Below are positions 52,793 through 61,109 of a stretch of DNA of 64,000 bases, piece by piece (position 1 is the first letter of the stretch; every line of letters starts with the position of its first letter). Both the position numbers and the translations under genes were made by a program. The notes under the pieces were generated by a model. The model was not told where the DNA came from and did not search any database. It was given only the letters and a program-made list of their open reading frames with translations. The DNA comes from a virus, in the IMG/VR virus record IMGVR_UViG_3300042502_001732, positions 79,933-143,932 of that record; one strand, given 5' to 3'.

Positions 52793-52827
52793 AAATCCCT
52801 TGCTCTAATCCACTGAGCTACGTTCCC
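52793..52827 (-). pseudogene. 5' half of an Arg-type tRNA truncated in the anticodon
   Basis: GGGAACG-TA-GCTC-AGTGGATTA-GAGC-A-AGGGA-TT-T, then TATAAATA at 52781-52788. Confidence 0.82.
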
Positions 52828-53513
52828 GTTTTTCATATTTAATTAAAGTCAAAGGTGTCTACTGTAATGTCATGTTGCTTAAGAAGACGAACCGCGTTGT
52901 CACGTTTACGTTTGCTGTTCCAGAAAAGCTCAATCTCTGCAGCATCGGCATCGTTATAGGTGTGAATGTCGCTTAACGCCATTGCTTCCATATAGCATTC
53001 ATCATTGTGAAATACAATCGAATATTGTTTTGTTTTCATGCGGTCTTAGTCGATGTCCTGTTTCATATTGTATTGGAGTTTCTCAAAAGATCAGACTTCA
53101 GCATTGACCTCACATTCATTTATAACATAATCATCATACGCAGTATTTTCATAACGATTGTTGACACGATCAGCATCAACCTTAGCCTTATAGGCATCTA
53201 GTGCGCAATTTGCTTTTTTAAGTGAGCTATAAGCTCCTAATACGACGTCGCCTTCATAGTCTACGCGTCCTAATAAGAGAAATATTGAAGATTTGTTTTT
53301 CATATTGTGGTTGGTGTTGCTTACATGGTTATTATAGCATAAAACGCACAGAAAGTACACAACTTTTTTCATAAAAGTGAAAAAAGATCCCGAAGTTAAG
53401 CCTGGTATAGAGAAAATTTGCCCATGACAGATTGCTGCTACACTCACCCAGGGCTGGGGCTATCTAGAAACCACATCTAGCTGCGTCATACTTTATCGCG
53501 TATGAATACGAAT

Positions 53514-53582
53514 TACGAGGGGGAGGAATTTAACCTCCACTCTAGACTATGGGCCTAGCGATCTCCGTATGATCCCTCTCGC
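53514..53582 (-). tRNA. Degenerate tRNA-like element with CAU loop
   Basis: CTAGG-CC-CAT-AG-TCTAG; GGAGG-TTAAATT-CCTCC; imperfect acceptor; no CCA. Confidence 0.45.
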
Positions 53583-53882
53583 AAAGTGTTTTCCCCACTA
53601 CCGAATAATTGACCAGAGTCAACTTGAAGAAACGCAGTGACTATTTCATCTTGGTGGCTAATTCCAAGACTAGTTTAATGTGCGTCGGATTACATTCGGC
53701 GTCACCGGGTTGCCATCCCGTTCTTAGCCTCAATGCTCATTGTAGGATCAATGCCTACAATGGCAGGGAAAAATGGTGGGGTATTCTCGTATCATGTTTA
53801 AACCATGCGCTGTCTAGTGTGCACCCATCAAGCGTAGAGGGCATGAGGAGAATAAAGCCGCTAAGCTCTGCCCCATTGAAAT

Positions 53883-53956
53883 TGGTGCGTCATGTGAGGG
53901 TCGAACTCACGCCTTCAGAGTGGAAGTCTAATGTGCTGCCGTAACACTTATGACGC
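53883..53956 (-). tRNA. tRNA-Gly(UCC)
   Basis: TTAGA-CT-TCC-AC-TCTGA. Confidence 0.88.
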
Positions 53957-53962
53957 AAAAAA

Positions 53963-54065
53963 TAGACAATGTAGATGGAATCGAACCATCGCCTCGGCGT
54001 TGTCGCCTATCCTATCGGACAAGAAACCCTTTGCTTGGGGCGTGCTACCACTACACTATACATTG
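53963..54065 (-). ncRNA. tRNA-like RNA with expanded anticodon/variable region
   Basis: Perfect CAATGTA/TACATTG acceptor, normal D- and T-arms, about 50-nt centre. Confidence 0.6.
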
Positions 54066-54071
54066 AAAGAC

Positions 54072-54497
54072 TTAACGTTTGATCAGGTCAGACACAGCAC
54101 GTGTCATTTTACCAATGTCAGCCATTGTTGGAAAGACACTGTTCGGGCTGTCGCCACCTCTAATTGAGAGGATTGGCTTGTGTGTGCCGGTTTTGGCGAG
54201 TGCCATATTGCCGCGAATATAGTCATCAGCACCCATCTTGCCCATGCTCATAGTGAGCGTATACTCTTGTCCACCAATCTCAAACGAGACACCAGTATAG
54301 CCAGAGTCGAAAAATTTGGCGTGTGTGATTGACCCACGGGGCGTGTCGGCAGAATTTAAAATTGTTTGCAGATAATCTTGAACGCTTTCTGGAACAGACC
54401 GTCCAAAGCCAGTGACTGGTGCAATAGCGACCTTTTCGAGAATTTGCTTTGCAGCTTCAACTAGACTGTCTGGTTGTGTAGAATTAAATGCGTTCAT
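54072..54497 (-). CDS. Leader-family protein
   Basis: QPDSLVEAAKQILE; TATAAATA at 54503-54510. Confidence 0.7.
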   Translation of the reverse strand: MNAFNSTQPDSLVEAAKQILEKVAIAPVTGFGRSVPESVQDYLQTILNSADTPRGSITHAKFFDSGYTGVSFEIGGQEYTLTMSMGKMGADDYIRGNMALAKTGTHKPILSIRGGDSPNSVFPTMADIGKMTRAVSDLIKR

Positions 54498-54514
54498 ACT
54501 ACTATTTATAAAAA

Positions 54515-54600
54515 TGGTGGGCAGAGCTGGATTCGAACCAGCGTAGGCGTTAGCCAGCAGATTTACAGTCTGCCCCCTTTAGCCACTCGGGCATCTACCC
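54515..54600 (-). tRNA. tRNA-Tyr(GUA)
   Basis: GCAGA-CT-GTA-AA-TCTGC, V-arm. Confidence 0.92.
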
Positions 54601-54708
54601 ATTTAGCAATGTATGGTTATTGACCCACACGGAATCTAGTATTTTATATACTAAGTTAAAACTGTTTTTGTATCTCTATTCTTTACCCCTTAAAAGGCAA
54701 AAATATAT

Positions 54709-55077
54709 CTACCAAATAGAACCAGGTTTAGAGTTGGGTCTATTTTTATCCCAAAAATGCTTACCAGCAGCAGTTTGATCTGAGCTACGATATATTTTAT
54801 AACCACGTTTCGATAAAATATCATAAACCATTTTTGCTAGTCCCTTACCTCTGTGCTCTTTAGATACCCAAATATCTATAGCTTTTAAATTTTTATTATC
54901 GTGTTTAAATGTAAATGTACCGATTTTTATTCTATCATCAATAAGATATACATATATCTCATCCAAGTAACTATCGATATCTATTTTAATATCATGGGTT
55001 ATTTTTTTACTAAAAATTGATTTGAGTTTATCAATAAAACTTTCTCGTATAAAATACTGTTTAAATGATATAATCAT
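54709..55077 (-). CDS. GNAT-family acetyltransferase with SFKQY leader
   Basis: VSKEHRGKGLA acetyl-CoA loop; QTAAGKHFW; MIISFKQYFIRE. Confidence 0.7.
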   Translation of the reverse strand: MIISFKQYFIRESFIDKLKSIFSKKITHDIKIDIDSYLDEIYVYLIDDRIKIGTFTFKHDNKNLKAIDIWVSKEHRGKGLAKMVYDILSKRGYKIYRSSDQTAAGKHFWDKNRPNSKPGSIW

Positions 55078-55236
55078 AATACTATTTATGCGAAAGTGAT
55101 GAGCTTTTATTCTTGTGCCATGCTCAGGGCTTAACAGGTGTTGTTGCTACATCAAAGGAGTTATGCTTGTTTAGCGTTCTAAAGTCACATCCTATGAAAC
55201 GCAATTGCCGCTATGCGAACCGCCCATTAAAAAAAT

Positions 55237-55316
55237 TGGTTGCGGGGGTGGGAGTCGAACCCACACCGAAGCCTAGCTTATGAGACTAGTTCAGCACCAC
55301 TACTGACTGCCCCGCG
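55237..55316 (-). tRNA. tRNA-Met(CAU), initiator-like
   Basis: C1-A72 mismatch (CGCGGGG/CCCCGCA); CTAGT-CT-CAT-AA-GCTAG. Confidence 0.8.
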
Positions 55317-55328
55317 ATTGAAAATTGA

Positions 55329-55439
55329 GCCGTCTAGAGAGGCGACATAGACACATTCCCGTACGCACCCGCATATGCAGTCCTGCACGTCATTTGTGTC
55401 TATGTACCGGGCATGGAGCCCGTGCACCTCTCTAGCGGC
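55329..55439 (-). ncRNA. Structured ncRNA of about 110 nt between tRNAs
   Basis: Stems GCCG.CTAGAGAGG/CCTCTCTAG.CGGC, ACATAGACACA/TGTGTCTATGT, CGGGC/GCCCG. Confidence 0.6.
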
Positions 55440-55444
55440 AAAGT

Positions 55445-55519
55445 TGGTAGAGGTACAAGGATTCGAACCTCGACAAACAGAATCAAAATCTGTGGTGCTA
55501 ACCGTTACACTATACCTCT
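55445..55519 (-). tRNA. tRNA-Gln(UUG)
   Basis: ACAGA-TT-TTG-AT-TCTGT. Confidence 0.9.
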
Positions 55520-55520
55520 A

Positions 55521-55594
55521 TGGCACGTCACCACAGATTCGAACTGTGACAAAAGGTTTTGGAGACCTTTGTGCTACCGTTACACCAATGACGT
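55521..55594 (-). tRNA. tRNA-Trp(CCA)
   Basis: AAGGT-CT-CCA-AA-ACCTT. Confidence 0.9.
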
Positions 55595-55598
55595 ATAA

Positions 55599-55674
<76 letters not shown>

Positions 55675-55684
55675 TAATAAAAAA

Positions 55685-55759
55685 TGGTCGGGTAATTGAG
55701 AATCGAACTCAACTAAACTTGCTCCCAAAGCAAGCGCCTCGCCAGTCGGCCTTTACCCG
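55685..55759 (-). tRNA. tRNA-Pro(UGG)
   Basis: CTTGC-TT-TGG-GA-GCAAG. Confidence 0.88.
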
Positions 55760-55767
55760 TAAAAATA

Positions 55768-55845
55768 TGGTACACCCAGTTAGACTCGAACTAACGACCC
55801 CACAATTATCAATCGTGTGCTCTAACCAAACTGAGCTATGGATGC
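55768..55845 (-). tRNA. tRNA-Ile(GAU)
   Basis: CACGA-TT-GAT-AA-TTGTG. Confidence 0.9.
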
Positions 55846-55854
55846 ACTTTAAAC

Positions 55855-55941
55855 TGGAGCCGAAAGTGGGATTCGAACCCACGATGATGTTTCCAAACCG
55901 GATTACAAATCCGGTGCAATCGACCACTATGCGACTTCGGC
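55855..55941 (-). tRNA. tRNA-Thr(UGU) with 15-nt variable region
   Basis: CCGGA-TT-TGT-AA-TCCGG; V = TTTGGAAACATCATC. Confidence 0.85.
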
Positions 55942-56631
55942 GTGATTGTATAAATCAATAAATTTTTTAAAAAGATTGCTATTGTATGCTATACCAACAG
56001 AATTAAATGCTCTACTTAAACATTTATGTTTTTCATATTCTAATTTTAGATTATCAAAGTTGTCTTTAATGATATTTGGTTTCGAATTATTCTCACATTG
56101 TTTGCAACAATATTTTTTCTTTTTCTTATTTGAAAATGTTGAATTGCAAGCTGCGCATGTAAAATGTTTTTGTTTCTTTTTTACAGTTCTTCCAAATTTC
56201 CATTCTTCGGAAACAATATAATCTTTAGAAACTTTCAAATTAACAATACCATTTGTTATCCATTTTGTATCATACTGACTATTGCATTCTCCCTTTGAAG
56301 TAATTTTAAATCGATGAGATGCATATTTAATAAATTCTTTACGTGCCCATTCATACATACGACCACTTTTAATGCATGGTCGATCACACGTTTTTGAAGA
56401 TTTCATTTGCATTGCCCAAAGAGCATATGCAGTTTGGCTGCATCGATTAAATTTTGAAAGAAGCAAATGCGCAATATAATGTTCACGACCAGATAGTGCT
56501 ACAATGTTTGATTCATCATCAGTGCCTCCCAATGATTTTGGGACTATATGATGACGTTCAATATAGCCACACGTTAAGATATTTTGACGCCTATATTCTA
56601 TTAGGCGATTATATATCTGTTTGTAATCCAT
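55927..56631 (-). CDS. HNH (Mob-like) homing endonuclease
   Basis: ERHHIVPKSLGGTDDESNIV.L..REHYIAH; TKWITNG; TATAAATA at 56637-56644; stop lies inside tRNA-Thr. Confidence 0.88.
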   Translation of the reverse strand: MDYKQIYNRLIEYRRQNILTCGYIERHHIVPKSLGGTDDESNIVALSGREHYIAHLLLSKFNRCSQTAYALWAMQMKSSKTCDRPCIKSGRMYEWARKEFIKYASHRFKITSKGECNSQYDTKWITNGIVNLKVSKDYIVSEEWKFGRTVKKKQKHFTCAACNSTFSNKKKKKYCCKQCENNSKPNIIKDNFDNLKLEYEKHKCLSRAFNSVGIAYNSNLFKKFIDLYNHAEVA

Positions 56632-56683
56632 AAGTTTATTTATACAAAACGAACATTTAACTTACAAATTACAATAAAAAAAT

Positions 56684-56758
56684 TGGCTCCGACTCGTGGG
56701 ATCGAACCACGGACCCGATGATTAACAGTCATCTGCTCTGCCGCTGAGCTAAGTCGGA
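56684..56758 (-). tRNA. tRNA-Asn(GUU)
   Basis: GATGA-CT-GTT-AA-TCATC. Confidence 0.92.
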
Positions 56759-57384
56759 TTGTGAAATTATTTATAGTGAGGAATTTTAGAGACAAACTCC
56801 TCAAAATTTTCCGTATCAATGTCTATATATTCTTCATTGAGAGTAAGACGACCCCTGTGCCAGGCATTCCATTCTAGATCTTCTTGCAGCGTCTCTGATG
56901 TATGAATCTTTACTAGACTGTTTTCTCCAGAAATGTCGCATGCAGACAAGGCGTCTTCGTACTGTTCATGCCAATCAAGACCACCGCATTCAGAATCTTC
57001 GCTCACGAGTTCAACGAGTTCTTCGTCAGAGAGACCTGCATATTCATCATAGAGTTCTCTCAACTTTTCAGTGTCAACGCTAAATAACTTTCCAGTGTGT
57101 ACAGTTTCAGTCGTCCATTTTTCGATGTATATTTTCATAGTATTATTCGTCAAGTGAATTTAACCAACGCTTCTCACGTACGCGTTGGGCATGAGTAGAC
57201 CACATGCGACCTAGCGTGAATCCTAGAGCATGCATTTCAAAATAGTTTTGAAAGCGTGAATGATCGCGAGTGACTCTAAACTTGTGTTCACCGCTCTTAA
57301 GCGGTAGTTTTACTGAAAGGTAAAATTGACCGACCTTGATGTATGTTGAGGTGCGAATGACTATTTTCATTGTATATTATTTAT

Positions 57385-57459
57385 TGGTACTCACACGGGG
57401 AATCGAACCCCGATTGTACGGATGAAAACCGTAAGTCCTAACCGTTAGACGATATGAGC
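57385..57459 (-). tRNA. tRNA-Glu(UUC)
   Basis: TACGG-TT-TTC-AT-CCGTA. Confidence 0.9.
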
Positions 57460-57471
57460 AGGTGTTGTAGA

Positions 57472-57545
57472 TGGACGCACGTTCCAGTAACGCTCTGGAC
57501 TAGGCGGTTTTGCAGACCACTGCATAACTTCTCTGCCAACGTGCG
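57472..57545 (-). tRNA. tRNA-Cys(GCA), atypical T-loop
   Basis: GTGGT-CT-GCA-AA-ACCGC; U73; T-loop AGCGTTA. Confidence 0.8.
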
Positions 57546-57549
57546 AAAG

Positions 57550-57645
57550 TGGTACTAGAGGTGGGACTCGAACCCACATACGGCTCGATGACCGATTCTA
57601 CCCCCTTATAAAGAAGGACCTTTAACCAATTCAGGACACTCTAGC
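57550..57645 (-). tRNA. tRNA(UAU), Ile anticodon, with 23-nt variable arm
   Basis: GCTAGAG/CTCTAGT-A-CCA; CCTTC-TT-TAT-AA-GGGGG; V = TAGAATCGGTCATCGAGCCGTAT. Confidence 0.8.
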
Positions 57646-58341
57646 ATTAAAAATTTGTTCTTGAATTTTATCCCATGTAAGCATTGTTTTATCGAGAATT
57701 AAAACTCGTATTGAATGGGTCTGTTCAACAATTTTAATTTTTTCGCAATCACTAAACCCCATAGATGGATTAATGTTATTGATAAGAAAATCATTTTTAG
57801 GATCTAGATATACATCAAAATCTGGCAGATAAAAATCTGGTGTATATTGTCTACTTTTATTGAATGGATCGATATAATCGAATTTTTTTGGCTTTATCCA
57901 TCTTATGGAATTACTATCTAAAGATTTTGCAACACATACTTCATAAGAAGAACCAAATTTATGTCCATTATATTCGCATTTAGTATTAACAAATTTACCA
58001 CCAAGACCACGACGTTTAGCATGATCTGACATATTTTTTCTTAATTCTGAAGTGCTCCTAGCTTTAGCTGATGCAGACATCTTTTGTCGCGTTTCATTAG
58101 AAACTTCCACTGCAATTGGTTTTGGCAAATTTAATTTAATTGCTTTAGTATACTGATTTGTTCCATTTCCTTTGCGGGCATTCATAGATTCCATCCAACG
58201 AATAGTTTTACCATTTGGTAGTTTTTCACTTGGAGGTAATTTATCTTTTATTTTTCCATTTTCACATGCCCTTGCATGTCTAGAATAGGCAAATTTTGAA
58301 ATTTCTCTATTACATACTGGGCACAAGGAATGGTCATTCAT
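57631..58341 (-). CDS. PD-(D/E)xK-type putative homing endonuclease
   Basis: CPVC..H..AC; SNETRQKMS; GSSYE...YTPDFYLPDFDVYLDPK; TATAAATA at 58347-58354; stop lies inside the tRNA. Confidence 0.8.
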   Translation of the reverse strand: MNDHSLCPVCNREISKFAYSRHARACENGKIKDKLPPSEKLPNGKTIRWMESMNARKGNGTNQYTKAIKLNLPKPIAVEVSNETRQKMSASAKARSTSELRKNMSDHAKRRGLGGKFVNTKCEYNGHKFGSSYEVCVAKSLDSNSIRWIKPKKFDYIDPFNKSRQYTPDFYLPDFDVYLDPKNDFLINNINPSMGFSDCEKIKIVEQTHSIRVLILDKTMLTWDKIQEQIFNARVS

Positions 58342-58363
58342 ATAGTTATTTATAAAAATGAGC

Positions 58364-58396
58364 AAAGAATCCGCTCTACCACTGAGCTACAGGAGG
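58364..58396 (-). pseudogene. 5' half of a tRNA truncated in the anticodon
   Basis: CCTCCTG-TA-GCTC-AGTGGTA-GAGC-G-GATTC-TT-T. Confidence 0.82.
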
Positions 58397-58674
58397 GAAA
58401 AATTTATCGGTTAATCATATTGGCATGTCGATGAGGAGCGCAATGCGCTGCAACTACAATCGACTATGACTTTTTATAGGGACCGAAAACTCCTATATAC
58501 AAACCTTTGACATCGCATCACTGAGTGATCCAAGCCGTACAACCACGGACGTTCTCAACTTTCAGTAGCAGTTGATGTGGCATTTAGTTATGAAACTTTT
58601 GTTTCTTGTTGCTTACAGAGACATTATACACTAAACTCTCTCATATGTAAACATCTTTTTTATCTATAAGTGAT

Positions 58675-59271
58675 TTATTTATATTGTAAAAAATCCTTCC
58701 ATTCATCGCGAATCGTAACTTTTTCACTAAGCGCGCTAAACTCGATGTCTTTTAGCATCTTAGGTTTTACCTCTGAGCCATGAATGTTGAAATATGGAAA
58801 CTTGTTTGATTTTTTGGTATTGCACTTTTTGCAAGACAGAACGATATTGTCGTCGTTGTTGCCGCCTCCACGACTGCGAGGAATGAGATGATCACGAGTC
58901 GCAGAAGTGTATGGAATTTTCTTTAAGCAATATTGACATTCTCCTCCATAGATATAATACAGCTGACGAAGGTTGATTGCGCGCGGCTGCTTTTTGCCTT
59001 GCTTGTAGTGACCAAAATAGCCTGGCACCACTACAATTGTAGGAATTGCCCACAATGTGTCGACGCTTCTCAGCGCAGGATTGTTTGGACTGAGATGATC
59101 ATCGTTTGCTATCCAGCTGCTCCAGTCTCGTATGTTTCCATACTGGTCATAGGCTTTTACGCCTCCAACCATCATGTTTCGAATTGCAGACCGAGCAGAA
59201 AAAAATCCACATGGTTGAAAGCCTGCAGTCAATACGAGTGTAGTCTTATGAGAGGGAAAAACTGGAATCAT
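58675..59271 (-). CDS. HNH endonuclease (McrA-like)
   Basis: TLVLTAGFQP; CQYC..TRDHLIPRSRGG..NIVLSCKKCNTKK. Confidence 0.85.
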   Translation of the reverse strand: MIPVFPSHKTTLVLTAGFQPCGFFSARSAIRNMMVGGVKAYDQYGNIRDWSSWIANDDHLSPNNPALRSVDTLWAIPTIVVVPGYFGHYKQGKKQPRAINLRQLYYIYGGECQYCLKKIPYTSATRDHLIPRSRGGGNNDDNIVLSCKKCNTKKSNKFPYFNIHGSEVKPKMLKDIEFSALSEKVTIRDEWKDFLQYK

Positions 59272-60246
59272 GAACAGACGAGAGTATAACCACCAAACTT
59301 AGAGCGCACGACGTTGTTTACATAGACTGCAATGTGTGATGCATCTTCTAAACGAATTCTAGTGTGGCTGCGAAAGATTGAGCGACGACTAGAAATAGAA
59401 TATTTGTGACGATTTGGATTATTTTTTCCAAGGCGGCCATAGAGGTCAACTCGTTTAAATTTTCCAACATAGTCTGGAGACTCCATCTCTTTCAAACGCT
59501 CTCTCAAATTATGAGTTTTTACCTCACGCCTCAAATGAAAGATTATTGTTTTTCCAACCTCGTTATTTTCAACCTTTAGTATTGTTCGTTGTGTGTTCAT
59601 ATTAGTTAAAGAAAAGATAGACTGCTTTGAACAGAGCGCTGATGAATCCAATCATACAGACTCCAAAAAATAGTGATATCAAGATGGCTAGTGGATAAAA
59701 ATGCGATAGTTTCATGGTTTGGTGTTTGTTGTTTAAAAGTATCCTCAGTGCTTTACAGCTTCAATTGGGGCTGAGGAGCCTCCCAGGTTTCTATCACCTC
59801 CGAATTGAACGGACTTTTGAATAATATTCTTATAGGCCACTACCAGGTCATGACTACTGGCTTTGCGATAGAGAAGGTTTTAAAATCTTATGTCGTTATT
59901 CTATTTGTATTTGTTGTTGTTTTTTTTGGAAATGGCACCGCAGGCTATGGAATTGCACCATGAAACTTTTTAACGCTCTCCCTGCGGACAAGAGGCTCGT
60001 TCCTTTTATCTCTGATTTCGTTTGCAACCTCCATCAGTAAATTTGTTTTTTGAAAATTTCCCGTGCCTAACTTTTGTTGCTGATGAAACACGGGCATGTT
60101 CGGTTTCCTTACTATTGCTGAGCAATCCTGGGGTCTTCCTATCATCAGAAACGGCTGTGTGAGTCCATCTGCACATTTAATTTTCTTATCTTCTCGAGCT
60201 GCAGTCTCTTACGATTGGGGCATTACCTTAAATTTGTTTTTGAAAG

Positions 60247-60409
60247 TGGTGTCCCCCGCGAGGAGTCGAACCTCGTCTCCCAGAGTTCATTCTAGATCAT
60301 TGACTAAGCTATTCATGTTTCGGTGGCGTTAACTCCAACCGGTCACATGCCCGGGATTCACTTAGTGTTTGTTCTAGAAGATCTACTGGCGGGCCAATAC
60401 TTCAGGGGA
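60247..60409 (-). ncRNA. tRNA-like ncRNA, copy 2
   Basis: TCCCCTG/CGGGGGA-CACCA; CGAGG-TTCGACT-CCTCG; long central hairpin. Confidence 0.75.
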
Positions 60410-60850
60410 AAATTGTTTTTTGAAAGTGGTGAGCAGTTTTAAGAGATGCTCAACTCTCTAGAGCGGTTTAACGAGTGCCCGAAGCTCAAAGCTTTTTAAA
60501 AGATGTTCAACTCTTGTGATTACCAACTACCGTTCATGGTTTGGATAAAGATGACGAACCAAACTGCTGCATTGATTCCGATGAAAATTCCTAATGTTTC
60601 TTTCATATTGTGTTGTGTTGCTTACATGGTCATTATACACTAAAATGCAGAGAAAGTACACAACTTTTTTCAAAAAAGTGAAAAAAGGCCCCGAAGTTAG
60701 GCCCCGTATAGAGAAATCTAGTGCTCCCAAGGTCTAAAAATGTCAAATTTACGACTTTTTATGCAAAAAATACCCACCAAAGTGTGCATCGTTGAGAGGC
60801 ATGGTGGGTCTGCTCGAGAGTTATATTTGACAAAAATCAAAAGAGTTTAT

Positions 60851-61096
60851 TTACTCCTTTGGTATAGCTGTTTTAATTAGTGCACGATGTTCAAGGCGAG
60901 CCTTCGTGTTATCTTTCAATGATACAATAATATCATTTTCTTCCAATATATCCAATATCGCTTGTATTGAGTCATAAAGATGACCAATATCTTCTTCACT
61001 AAATTGTGGATAATTAGATTGTCTTTTACGAAGCCAGTCGTAGTTAGATTGCTCTTCTTGTAATATATTGATTTGTTCTTGATTTTCTATGTTCAT
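60851..61096 (-). CDS. Small protein downstream of fibre gene (possible assembly chaperone)
   Basis: R..NYP...E.IG.LY...IKTAIPK pattern; position. Confidence 0.5.
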   Translation of the reverse strand: MNIENQEQINILQEEQSNYDWLRKRQSNYPQFSEEDIGHLYDSIQAILDILEENDIIVSLKDNTKARLEHRALIKTAIPKE

Positions 61097-61109
61097 GACT
61101 AATTATTTA

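Noticed and set aside
58362-58364. Reading the 58364-58396 half as tRNA-Ala(UGC)
   Set aside because: No 3' anticodon stem follows and the acceptor lacks the Ala G3
58675-59271. This HNH gene as another tRNA cassette
   Set aside because: Different McrA-like family, with no adjacent TATAAATA, tRNA half or coupled tRNA
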